Source: Candidatus Enterousia sp. (GTDB lineage: Bacteria; Pseudomonadota; Alphaproteobacteria; Rs-D84). Taken from it: a stretch of DNA of 64,000 bases. Both the position numbers and the translations under genes were made by a program. This document shows positions 49,553 to 59,131 of the stretch, piece after piece. The notes below the pieces were generated by a model. The model was not told the origin of the DNA. It did no database searches and saw only the letters and a program-made list of their open reading frames with translations. The DNA lies in contig JAZROV010000002.1 in NCBI GenBank assembly GCA_045648885.1, forward strand, positions 94,628 through 158,627. The letters run 5' to 3'. Position 1 is the stretch's first letter, and the number at the start of each line of letters is the position of its first letter.

Positions 49553-51184
49553 TTATTCTTCGATTTCAACACTGTCGATATATTTACGAGAAATGTTTTC
49601 CAGTTTCACAGGTTGATATTCGGGGTTGGATATAGTTTCATTGTCATCGTGTGAAACACTGATAACAGTTTCTGTTTTTGGTTCGTTTGTTGATGATGCA
49701 ACATGTTTTGCACCGATGTTCTTTGTTTTATATTTTTGCTGTTTTGTTAAATCTTCGGGAATATTTATGTAATCACCCGGATTTATGCCATAGTCACTGA
49801 TTTCGCGTTCAGGCACAGTTTTTGTCCCGTTTGTGTGAACGTTATAAAGCGGAACCAAGAAATTATTTGGAGCATTTTTGATTGTTTTTGGTGTTCCAGA
49901 ACCGTCTAATTCCATTATGCGCAAAGCGCGTTCAGATTCCCCGGTTGGTTGGATTCTGAATGCACCAAATGCACCGATATATCCACTGGGGTCAAAGAAA
50001 TAGGCCGGTCCAGATTTTTGTGAATATATCATGCCCAATGCCAGATTGGCAGCATCATATCCAAATGCAGAAAGATAATCAGGGCGCGTTCCCAATACCA
50101 TATCTTGCAGTGCGATAAAACTGTCTGAGATTTCAGGCAATGTTGCATATTTTGCGCCTGCCATTGTGAAATCAGATGTGACAGCAGAATCGTGCCAAAG
50201 CGTTGTTCCATAGAATTTGATATCACGATTGCTGATTCCGTAATAGCGTAAAAATGATGCCAATTTTTTTGAATCATCGCCGTTGCCCAAGAATAAAATT
50301 GCGTCGTATGGAATCTTGCCTAATGTTTCAGAACGAGAAATATGTTCCAATTGATGTGATAAATTTGATTTTAATTCGCCGGATAATTCTTCGTTTGTTA
50401 AAATGTCAGATAAAACCTCACGCGCGCGGGTGTTGGCTGCGCTGCGGATTTTATACAAAGATGCGCGCATCGCGACGTCTTTGATAGAATCTGATTTGCC
50501 GGCATCATAGTAAAATATACCAATGGCTGGAATGTCGTATAAATTTGCCGCCATGTCTGCCAAAGAAACCATCTTTTCCCCAGACGCATCATTTGGTGCG
50601 AATATTATCATATTTTTGATTTTATCGTTTTGCATTTGGCGAATGATTGTTTCAATACTTTGTGTCGGAATTAAATTTACAGTCATAACGCCGTCGCCCA
50701 ATGCATCTGTATCAGATGTGAAAGATATTACCGGCAGACTGGACGGTTTGATGTCGTGTAATAATTTTGCGTCTTCACCAAAAAGTGGGCCGATTATTAC
50801 GTCCGGGTCTGTGGATAATGCTTTGTTCATTATTTCATATCGTTTGTCCATATCACCAGACAAATCAAAGAACGAAATTTTTACATTGTTTTTGGGTTTG
50901 CGCAAAAATGCGGTTTCAATTGATGTTTTTATTTCGTTGCCATGTGCTTTGGCAATACCACTGGATGGCAATAACACGGCGATATCTGCCCCAGGGCCAG
51001 CGTCGTCAGATCCATAAAGTGATGATGAATAAATAAAGCTGTCTTGGACATCGGTCGGATTTGATGTGCCGGTCGCGTTATATCGTCCGACCCCAGAATC
51101 AAATACATCGCCGCCACAGCCGGCTAATAAACCTGTTAACCCAATAAAAATTAAAAATTTATTCATAGACATTGAAAAACCCAT
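49553..51184 (-). CDS. lpoA: penicillin-binding protein activator LpoA-like lipoprotein (periplasmic-binding-protein type I fold)
   Basis: Lipobox LLAGC and a LivJ-like PBP1 fold. It is divergent from rsmI, as lpoA(yraM)-rsmI(yraL) is in enterobacteria. Confidence 0.45.
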   Translation of the reverse strand: MGFSMSMNKFLIFIGLTGLLAGCGGDVFDSGVGRYNATGTSNPTDVQDSFIYSSSLYGSDDAGPGADIAVLLPSSGIAKAHGNEIKTSIETAFLRKPKNNVKISFFDLSGDMDKRYEIMNKALSTDPDVIIGPLFGEDAKLLHDIKPSSLPVISFTSDTDALGDGVMTVNLIPTQSIETIIRQMQNDKIKNMIIFAPNDASGEKMVSLADMAANLYDIPAIGIFYYDAGKSDSIKDVAMRASLYKIRSAANTRAREVLSDILTNEELSGELKSNLSHQLEHISRSETLGKIPYDAILFLGNGDDSKKLASFLRYYGISNRDIKFYGTTLWHDSAVTSDFTMAGAKYATLPEISDSFIALQDMVLGTRPDYLSAFGYDAANLALGMIYSQKSGPAYFFDPSGYIGAFGAFRIQPTGESERALRIMELDGSGTPKTIKNAPNNFLVPLYNVHTNGTKTVPEREISDYGINPGDYINIPEDLTKQQKYKTKNIGAKHVASSTNEPKTETVISVSHDDNETISNPEYQPVKLENISRKYIDSVEIEE

Positions 51185-51222
51185 TTTTTGTATGCTATTA
51201 TTCTACTACAAAAGGATTAAAA

Positions 51223-52011
51223 ATGCAATCAGGGCTTTATGTCGTTGGAACACCAATTGGAAATTTATCTGATATGTCGCCGCGTGCGATTGAAACACTG
51301 AAAAATGTTGATTTAATTGCAGCTGAAGATACGCGGGTGTTTTCTAAATTGGCAAAACATTTTGATATAAAAACACGCGTTGTTTCATGTCATGAACATA
51401 ATGAACGTGATATAGTTGACGGTTTAATTGCAAAAATTCAAAGCGGAATGGCAATTGCAACCGTTTCTGATGCAGGAATGCCGGGCGTCAGTGATCCGGG
51501 ATTTCGTATTATACATGCTGCGCGTCGTGGGGGTGTTGATGTGTTTATGGTGCCGGGGGCGACGGCTGCGATATCTGCGCTGGTGTTATCTGGTTTTCCA
51601 ACGGACAGATTTACATTCTGTGGTTTTTTTGATGAAAAAAAAGTGCGCGAAGATAACAAAATTCGGCATACAATTATTTATTACGAAAGTCCAAATCGTA
51701 TTATGGATACTATTAAATTGTTGGCCCAGGTTATGCCTGAACGGCAAATTGCGATTGTTCGTGAAATTACTAAAATTCACGAAGAAACAATTATTGGATA
51801 TCCGGCTGATTTAATCAATATAGAATCGCCACGTGGCGAAATTGTTATTGTTGTAGGGCCGGCCCCAGATAAAAAAATGTCAGATGATGAAATATCACAA
51901 ATTGTAAATGATATCGTTGCAAATTCTACAAAATCCGCAGCGGCTCAATTGGCCGCTGTGTCCGGAATTTCAAAGAAAGAAGCATATAAAAAATTGGTGA
52001 AAAATAAATGA
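51223..52011 (+). CDS. rsmI: 16S rRNA (cytidine1402-2'-O)-methyltransferase
   Basis: LYVVGTPIGNLSDMSPRAIETLKNVDLIAAEDTR is a tetrapyrrole-methylase-fold RsmI signature. The track ORF starts at 51172; the Met at 51223 fits the family. Confidence 0.8.
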   Translation: MQSGLYVVGTPIGNLSDMSPRAIETLKNVDLIAAEDTRVFSKLAKHFDIKTRVVSCHEHNERDIVDGLIAKIQSGMAIATVSDAGMPGVSDPGFRIIHAARRGGVDVFMVPGATAAISALVLSGFPTDRFTFCGFFDEKKVREDNKIRHTIIYYESPNRIMDTIKLLAQVMPERQIAIVREITKIHEETIIGYPADLINIESPRGEIVIVVGPAPDKKMSDDEISQIVNDIVANSTKSAAAQLAAVSGISKKEAYKKLVKNK

Positions 52012-52562
52012 TAAAATTTGTTGGTTCTTTTTCAACAGTTAAATCTTTGCCGCGAACAATGTTTCCTGAATACGCATTCGTTGGGCGCAGTAATGTTGGT
52101 AAATCGTCGCTTATCAATGCGATTGTTGAAGAACATGTTGCGCGGACATCTAATACGCCAGGGCGTACGCAAAGTTTGAATTTATTTAATGTTGATGACA
52201 AAACGATGATTGTAGATTTGCCTGGTTATGGTTATGCCCGTGTGTCCAAAGTGGAATCAGTAAAATGGTTGGAAAGATTAGAAGAATATTTATTAAATCG
52301 TTCGCAATTACGTCGATTGTTCATTTTGATAGATTCGCGGGTTGGTGCAAAAGATTCTGATTTAGAATTGATGGAATTTTGTGATGCAAATGGAATTTGC
52401 TATCAGGTTGTTTATACAAAAAAAGACAAACGCGTGCGTGAAAAAAATCAGTTGAATTTATCGCATGAAAATCATCCCGCGATGATTGAAAATATTCTCG
52501 AAACATCGGCCGAGAAAAAAATCGGTCTGGATGAATTAAAGGAAATTATTGGTGTTAAATAA
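52008..52562 (+). CDS. engB: ribosome biogenesis GTP-binding protein YihA/EngB
   Basis: FVGRSNVGKSSLINAI, DLPGYGYA and YTKKDK G-motifs. Confidence 0.8.
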   Translation: MIKFVGSFSTVKSLPRTMFPEYAFVGRSNVGKSSLINAIVEEHVARTSNTPGRTQSLNLFNVDDKTMIVDLPGYGYARVSKVESVKWLERLEEYLLNRSQLRRLFILIDSRVGAKDSDLELMEFCDANGICYQVVYTKKDKRVREKNQLNLSHENHPAMIENILETSAEKKIGLDELKEIIGVK

Positions 52563-55041
52563 AAATGTTTTTAATGTTTCAGACCCAACGCATATTACAG
52601 ATGCGCTTTGGTCCATGATTGAAAAACATAAAAATAATTTTTCAGATGTTTTGATTTTTCTGCCTTCGCGGCGCGCAGTGCGTGGCGTGGAACGTATGAT
52701 TGTTGAAAAAATCGGGCATGCTGTTGTTCTCCCGAATTTAATACCGCTGGGGACAGGGGTTGAAGATGATGAATTTGATGATTGTGATTTTGATACTGTA
52801 TCAAATCAAGAGCGCATAGTCGTTTTATCCGAATTATTATCGATGGATGCGAATATAAAAAATATGTCGTCTGGTTTGCCGATAGCCTGTGATTTTGTTC
52901 GTATGCAAGATTATTTGAATAACGAAGGTATTGATATTCGTGATATAAATTGGGCAACGCTGGTTGATGAAAAATATTCAAATCATTTTCAAAACAAAGC
53001 AAAAATCTTAGACATATTAAAACAATTACCAAATGACAGAAAAACAATTACTCAAAAGCGAAATGATGATATTCGTGCGTGGATAAAAAATTTAGATAAA
53101 TATAAACTGGTTATTGTGTGTGGGTCAACTGGTTCTGTGCCTGCGACATGTGATTTAATGTGTGAGATTGTGCGTCGTGATAATGGTCGAATTATTTTGT
53201 CTGGGAAAATATCTGGAAATACATCTGATTTTACATTGGATACAAACCCATATAATTCAGAATATAAATTTTTACAGAAATTAAATTTATCAATTGATGA
53301 TGTGCAAACGATTGATGTTGGTAAAAATGATGTTATTGATATTATGAATATCGCGTTTTCAAATTCTGGTACGCATATTGATAAAAATTTAGATAATTGT
53401 AAATTGATTGAATGTGCGCGCGAAAGTGAAGAGGCGCGTGTTGCGACCGAAATAACGCGTCGCGCGATAAAAGAAAATAAATCTGTGTTGATAATTACAC
53501 CAGATGCGGCTGCAAATCAAAGAATGAAAATGGAAATGGCACGTCGTGGCGTGGATGCTGATTTTTCTTCGGGAATATCGGGAACCATGACTGATTTAGG
53601 TCGCGCGATATTAAATTTATTTGATGATTTTGCTCAAAATTTAAAATTTAAATTTGAAGATTTATATGCAGATGCAAATTACAATTTATTTGATATGTTG
53701 GTTAAATTTGTTGATGAAAACGAAAAAGATATTTTTCATCCACAATTTAAAATTGAAAATGATGATGATATCGCAATTTGGGAAAATATAAAAAACTTAT
53801 CCAATATTTTATGCGAAAATAATATCAGATTAAATTTACAGGATGCTCGTGCGTTTGTTGCGGACGCCATTGGTACTGTGTCCGTACGTGATAAAAAAGT
53901 ACAAGATTGTCGTGTTTGTGTTTTGGGGACGATTGAATCGCGTATGCAGACGGCTGATGTTGTTATATTGACGGGGTTGAACGAAGGAATGTTTCCGGCC
54001 CAGGGATATGAAAATTCATGGCTGCCGCGCGATGTTGCAAAGAAAATAGGTCTGCCGTCGCCAAATCGCAAAGTGTCTTTGATGGCGTTAGATTTTATGA
54101 CTTTGTCGTGTGGCCCAGAAGTTTATTGGTTGCGTTCAAAGCAATCTGGGGGGGCGTTGACAACCGAATCCAGGTTTTTATCCCGTGTACGTGTGGCAAT
54201 TGGCGATGTAAAAAACGATGATGAAATTTTAAATTTTGTTCGCAATCAAGATAATGTTGAATATAAACCATTGGATTATTCACCGCCAATTCCGCCGATT
54301 GATAAAAGTGATGTTTATGTGACGGAAATTGAATTGTTGATTCATAACCCATATGCGTTTTATGCAAAACATATTTTAAGATTGAAACATATGGATGATT
54401 ATTGGGTTTTGCCAGATGCGCGTGATTTCGGAATTTTGGTGCATGATGTAATTGAAAACGCGACCGATTTTAATGCGGATAGTTTAATTCGTGAAATGGA
54501 CGCACGTGCAAAAGACATATTAAAAGATAACCATGTTTTATTTTATTTTTGGCATAAACGTTTTTGTGAAATTGCGCCATTTGTTGAAAAATATTTTGAA
54601 AATAAAAAAATTGAACATATCGAAGTTTTGGGTAGCGTAAATATCGCCGGGCGTAATGTTCGTGCGCGGGCTGATTTGATTTGGGACGGTGTTGTTATGG
54701 ATATTAAAACCGGGGGGGCACCATCTAAAAAACAATTACTGGATGGAACAATGCCACAAATTGCGCTGGAAGGATACATAATGCAATCTGGTGGTTTTCC
54801 AATAAAAATGCGTGATGTTTCGATAACCCCAGTTCTGCAATTTTTACAATTAAAAAATGGCGACGTTGGTTTGATTGAATATGATGGCGATATTGCGCAA
54901 GAGATGATAGATAACACAATTCAAAAAGTGAAAGAATTATTCGGACAATACAGTGGTGATATGCCGGTCGCATACGAATATCGTGACAGTGTCGGTGTTA
55001 AATATCATGAATGGGATGATTTAGCGCGCGCAGATGATTGA
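52549..55041 (+). CDS. AddB-like PD-(D/E)XK nuclease family protein (no adjacent addA)
   Basis: 830 aa. The C-terminal D...DIKTGGAPSKK is a RecB-type nuclease motif. The N-terminus lacks a Walker A. Confidence 0.4.
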   Translation: MVLNKNVFNVSDPTHITDALWSMIEKHKNNFSDVLIFLPSRRAVRGVERMIVEKIGHAVVLPNLIPLGTGVEDDEFDDCDFDTVSNQERIVVLSELLSMDANIKNMSSGLPIACDFVRMQDYLNNEGIDIRDINWATLVDEKYSNHFQNKAKILDILKQLPNDRKTITQKRNDDIRAWIKNLDKYKLVIVCGSTGSVPATCDLMCEIVRRDNGRIILSGKISGNTSDFTLDTNPYNSEYKFLQKLNLSIDDVQTIDVGKNDVIDIMNIAFSNSGTHIDKNLDNCKLIECARESEEARVATEITRRAIKENKSVLIITPDAAANQRMKMEMARRGVDADFSSGISGTMTDLGRAILNLFDDFAQNLKFKFEDLYADANYNLFDMLVKFVDENEKDIFHPQFKIENDDDIAIWENIKNLSNILCENNIRLNLQDARAFVADAIGTVSVRDKKVQDCRVCVLGTIESRMQTADVVILTGLNEGMFPAQGYENSWLPRDVAKKIGLPSPNRKVSLMALDFMTLSCGPEVYWLRSKQSGGALTTESRFLSRVRVAIGDVKNDDEILNFVRNQDNVEYKPLDYSPPIPPIDKSDVYVTEIELLIHNPYAFYAKHILRLKHMDDYWVLPDARDFGILVHDVIENATDFNADSLIREMDARAKDILKDNHVLFYFWHKRFCEIAPFVEKYFENKKIEHIEVLGSVNIAGRNVRARADLIWDGVVMDIKTGGAPSKKQLLDGTMPQIALEGYIMQSGGFPIKMRDVSITPVLQFLQLKNGDVGLIEYDGDIAQEMIDNTIQKVKELFGQYSGDMPVAYEYRDSVGVKYHEWDDLARADD

Positions 55042-55809
55042 TTAAATTTCAAGCATTAATCCACAATGGTCGGTCGGTTTGTTGGCCAGGCGGGGGTCTA
55101 TATCTATTTCGCAATTTTTAACCATTTTTATTGCGGTTTTATTGCAAAGGAAATAGTCTAAACGAAGCCCCTGTTTGTTTTCAACTGTATCGCGGCCGCG
55201 ATAACCATACCATGTGTAATCTATATCGTTCGGATGTTTGTTGCGCCATGCGTCGACCCATCCCATATCCAGCCATTGTTGCATTATTTCGCGGGCGGCA
55301 GGTGCGGAAATAGATGATCCAACATAACCACGTGGGTTCCAAATGTCGCGGTCTTTGATTGCGACATTAAAGTCCCCGCCGATAATAACCGGTTCTTCGG
55401 AATCTATATATTGTTCCAGGTATTTAGTAAATGCATTCATCCAATCAATTTTATATGGAAATTTTGGCGATTCAATACAATCGCCATTTGGCATATACAC
55501 ATTGATTATACGAATGCGTCCGTCAATTACACATTCGAGGAATCTCGCGTTTACATCTGGATATGTCGGCAGACCCATTGTGACATCTTCGATAGAATTT
55601 TTAGAGAAAGTTGCGACGCCATTCCATGATTTTTGTCCGAATACTTTGATATTATACCCAAATTCATCGAATATATTGTGCGGAAAATTTGCTGTTTCGA
55701 CCTTTAATTCTTGGACCAATATAGTGTCATATTCGTTTTTGCGCAAAATATCCATAAAACTTTCGATATGGGCGCGTATAGAATTGATATTCAGTGTCAG
55801 TATTTTCAT
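55042..55809 (-). CDS. xth: exodeoxyribonuclease III
   Basis: MKILTLNINSIRA, and EEP-fold motifs QELK, GDFN and PTDHCGL. Confidence 0.82.
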   Translation of the reverse strand: MKILTLNINSIRAHIESFMDILRKNEYDTILVQELKVETANFPHNIFDEFGYNIKVFGQKSWNGVATFSKNSIEDVTMGLPTYPDVNARFLECVIDGRIRIINVYMPNGDCIESPKFPYKIDWMNAFTKYLEQYIDSEEPVIIGGDFNVAIKDRDIWNPRGYVGSSISAPAAREIMQQWLDMGWVDAWRNKHPNDIDYTWYGYRGRDTVENKQGLRLDYFLCNKTAIKMVKNCEIDIDPRLANKPTDHCGLMLEI

Positions 55810-55879
55810 ATTTGCAATCTTTATTTTGTAATACTATAATACACATTGTCCGATATAAAAACAACAAGGATTTTATGTT

Positions 55880-57460
55880 ATGAATATGTATCAAGTGTTA
55901 AAGCAAGTGGCGCAAGAATCGCCAAATGCTTTGTTTTTGGTACGCGAAAAAATCAGTTTTAAACAGGCTATGACCCTGATTCATGCACGGGCAAATACGC
56001 TGCATAAACTGGGGGTAAAATTCGGTGATGTTGTTGGTTTGTTGGCACATAATATACCTGAATTTCCTTTGACTCTTTTTGCGTGCTGGTATTTGGGGGC
56101 AACTGTTTTGTTGCTGGACACAAATTTAACACCGTTTGAATATGATAATATGACGAAAACGGTCGGTTGCAAATTGGTGTGTGCTGAAAAATCTTTCTTT
56201 TATGATACTAAAAAATTTAAGTTTTTTGATATTCAAACGCCAGATGATGGTGTGGATAAAGATTTAAAGCCGGCCAAAGTAGATGAAAATGATATTGCAA
56301 CTATGTCGTTTACATCTGGGTCAACCGGTACACCAAAGGTTGTTCCGTTGACGCACGGGAATTTGAAGACGTCGTCTGATTGTTATTCGGACATGGGGCA
56401 ATGGATACATAAAAATGAAATTATGTATGGATTTTTGCCGCTTTATCATGTGTTTGGTTTTGCAGCGGGGATTTTAGCGCCTTTGCATTTCCATATGGGA
56501 ATTTTATTACAGCCGACGGTGAATCCGAAAAATATTTTGGACGATTTTAAAACATATCGGCCACATTGTATTCCTGCGGTGCCACGCCTTTATGAGGTTT
56601 TTCGTAATAAAATAATCGAAGGTATCAAAGCGCAACACAAATGGTGGTTGGTTTCGTTTGTTTTGAAAAACCAAAAGTTTTTGAAAAAAATCGGCATGGG
56701 CTGGTTGGTGCGAATGATTCAAAAGCCTTTGTTGGCGATATTCGGTGGACGTGTGAATCTGATGATTGCAGGTGGTGCCGCTACAAAACCGGAAGTCGAA
56801 AGTTTCTATGAATCTTTGGGGTTGGCATTTGTCCAGGGATATGGAATGACTGAAACGGTTGGACCGTTTTGTTGTTCGCGTCCGGTCAAACACCGTGTAC
56901 CGTTTGCGTTTGGAACGCCGGTCGGATGTTCAGAATGCACTATTCGTGATATGGATGAAAACGGTGTTGGAACACTTTGGGTGCGTGGACCGAATGTCTT
57001 TCGTGGATATTTGAATAATAAATCTGCGAACGATGAATCTTTTGATAAAGATGGTTGGTTCAACACTGGTGATTTGGTCTATATGGATAAAAACAAACAA
57101 TATCATTTCGCAGGTCGTAAAAAACAAGTCATTGTTTTAGACAGTGGTAAAAATGTTTATCCTGATGAATTAGAAGGTTTGTTCATTGAAATCGAAGGCG
57201 TCAAAAATGTTGCGGTTTTTGAACACAAAGTGAATAATAAAACTGTCACATATGGCGTATTCCAGGTGGACGAAGATATGACCATGGAAAAGCTGGCTAA
57301 GGCCGTTGCAGAGGCAAACAAAAAAGTCGCGTCCTATAAATGGGTGACGCATTTTGCAATGACAACGGAAGATTTACCGATGACCAGTACTCAAAAGATT
57401 AAACATCATGTTGTTCGTCAGAATTTAATTGATGGAAAATATCCGAACAAACATGAATAA
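55880..57460 (+). CDS. AMP-dependent acyl-CoA synthetase/ligase, paralog 1
   Basis: TSGSTGTPKVV, GYGMTETVGP, TGDLVYMD and GRKKQVIVLDSGKNVYPDELE ANL-superfamily motifs. Confidence 0.75.
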   Translation: MNMYQVLKQVAQESPNALFLVREKISFKQAMTLIHARANTLHKLGVKFGDVVGLLAHNIPEFPLTLFACWYLGATVLLLDTNLTPFEYDNMTKTVGCKLVCAEKSFFYDTKKFKFFDIQTPDDGVDKDLKPAKVDENDIATMSFTSGSTGTPKVVPLTHGNLKTSSDCYSDMGQWIHKNEIMYGFLPLYHVFGFAAGILAPLHFHMGILLQPTVNPKNILDDFKTYRPHCIPAVPRLYEVFRNKIIEGIKAQHKWWLVSFVLKNQKFLKKIGMGWLVRMIQKPLLAIFGGRVNLMIAGGAATKPEVESFYESLGLAFVQGYGMTETVGPFCCSRPVKHRVPFAFGTPVGCSECTIRDMDENGVGTLWVRGPNVFRGYLNNKSANDESFDKDGWFNTGDLVYMDKNKQYHFAGRKKQVIVLDSGKNVYPDELEGLFIEIEGVKNVAVFEHKVNNKTVTYGVFQVDEDMTMEKLAKAVAEANKKVASYKWVTHFAMTTEDLPMTSTQKIKHHVVRQNLIDGKYPNKHE

Positions 57461-57490
57461 AAGATTTGGTTTTTATAAAAGGATGAAAAG

Positions 57491-59071
57491 ATGAATATGT
57501 ATGATTTATTACTTAAAAATGTAAAACGCAACCCGGATACTGTATTTCTGGTTCGCGAAAATGTGAATTTTAAAGATTTTGAAAAAATGGTGCGTGCGCG
57601 TGCGACAACTTTGCATAATGCGGGCGTGAAAGCTGGCGATGCGGTTGGTTTGTTGTCGCATAACATACCGCAATTTCCATTGACACTGTTTGCAATTTGG
57701 TATTTGGGGGCACGTGTGTTGCTGTTGGATACAAATTTAACTGCGACTGAATATGATAATATGACGCATTTAACAGATTGCAAATTGGTGTGTGCTGAAA
57801 AATCTTTCTTTTACGATGCCAAAGGTTTTAAATTTTTTGATATAGAAACAGAAGATAAAAAGACAGACGAAAAATTAAAACAATATCAATCAAAAGATGA
57901 CGATATTGCAACTTTGTCTTTCACATCTGGATCAACCGGTGTGCCAAAGATTGTGCCGTTGACACATTTTAATTTGGTTTCGTGTTCTGATAATTTGGAA
58001 TATTTAAATCAATGGTTAAAACCTGGTGAAATATTTTATGCGTTTTTGCCGCTTTATCATGTGTTTGGTTTCGCAGTTGGATTTTTAGCACCACTGCATT
58101 TCGGTATGGGAATATTGTTGCAATCGACAATCAATCCAAATGCGATATTGCAAGATTTTGCGCAATATAAACCACATGTTATTCCGGCTGTGCCGAAATT
58201 GTGGGAAATTTTCCGCAAAAAGATTATCGAAGGAATCAAAGCCAAAAAGAAGTGGGCGTTGGTTTCTTTCATTATGAATAATCAGAAATTATTGCGGGCA
58301 ATCGGTTTGGGTAAATTGGTTGATAAAGTTTTAACCCAGATTCGTTCTGTGTTCGGTGGTCGTGCCAGATTGCTGGTGGCGGGTGGTGCCGCTACAAAAC
58401 CGGAAGTGGAAAAATTCTATACTCAATTGGGTATGGCGTTCGTCCAGGGTTATGGTTTGACTGAAACCGTGGGACCAATCTGTTGTTCGAAACCATTGAA
58501 AAAACGTGTTGCATATGCGTTCGGTGCACCGATGGGTGATACAGAATGTCAAATTCGCAATAAAGACGAAAATGGTATTGGAATGCTTTGGGTGCGCGGT
58601 AACCAGATTTTGGGTGGTTATTTGAATAACGCAGATGCAAACAAAGACTGTTTCGACAAAGACGGATTTTTCTGCACTGGCGATTTGGTGTCTGTTGATA
58701 AAAACGGTGAATACCATTTTGCAGGTCGTAAAAAACAAGTTATTGTTTTGGACAGTGGTAAAAATGTTTATCCTGATGAACTGGAAGGTTTGTTCATTGA
58801 AATTCCAGGCGTGAAAAATGTTGCGGTCTTTGAACACGAAGTTGGTGGCAAAACTGTTGCATACGGTGTGTTCAGCGTCGAAGAGGGCATGACGATGGAT
58901 AAATTGGCGGCGGCTGTGGCGGCCACGAACAAAAAGGTTGCGTCTTATAAGTGGGTGACGCATTTTGCGATGACGACCGATGATTTGCCAGTGACCAGCA
59001 CTCAAAAGATTAAACATCACGTTGTGCGTCAATGGTTGATTGATGGTAAATATACACAAAGACATGAATAG
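57491..59071 (+). CDS. AMP-dependent acyl-CoA synthetase/ligase, paralog 2
   Basis: Same motifs as paralog 1. Identical length (526 aa) with long identical stretches. Confidence 0.75.
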   Translation: MNMYDLLLKNVKRNPDTVFLVRENVNFKDFEKMVRARATTLHNAGVKAGDAVGLLSHNIPQFPLTLFAIWYLGARVLLLDTNLTATEYDNMTHLTDCKLVCAEKSFFYDAKGFKFFDIETEDKKTDEKLKQYQSKDDDIATLSFTSGSTGVPKIVPLTHFNLVSCSDNLEYLNQWLKPGEIFYAFLPLYHVFGFAVGFLAPLHFGMGILLQSTINPNAILQDFAQYKPHVIPAVPKLWEIFRKKIIEGIKAKKKWALVSFIMNNQKLLRAIGLGKLVDKVLTQIRSVFGGRARLLVAGGAATKPEVEKFYTQLGMAFVQGYGLTETVGPICCSKPLKKRVAYAFGAPMGDTECQIRNKDENGIGMLWVRGNQILGGYLNNADANKDCFDKDGFFCTGDLVSVDKNGEYHFAGRKKQVIVLDSGKNVYPDELEGLFIEIPGVKNVAVFEHEVGGKTVAYGVFSVEEGMTMDKLAAAVAATNKKVASYKWVTHFAMTTDDLPVTSTQKIKHHVVRQWLIDGKYTQRHE

Positions 59072-59131
59072 TTTGATTTTGCGCCTGGGGGTATTTTTCC
59101 CCCAGACGCAATTTAAAAAAAGGTTTGTATT

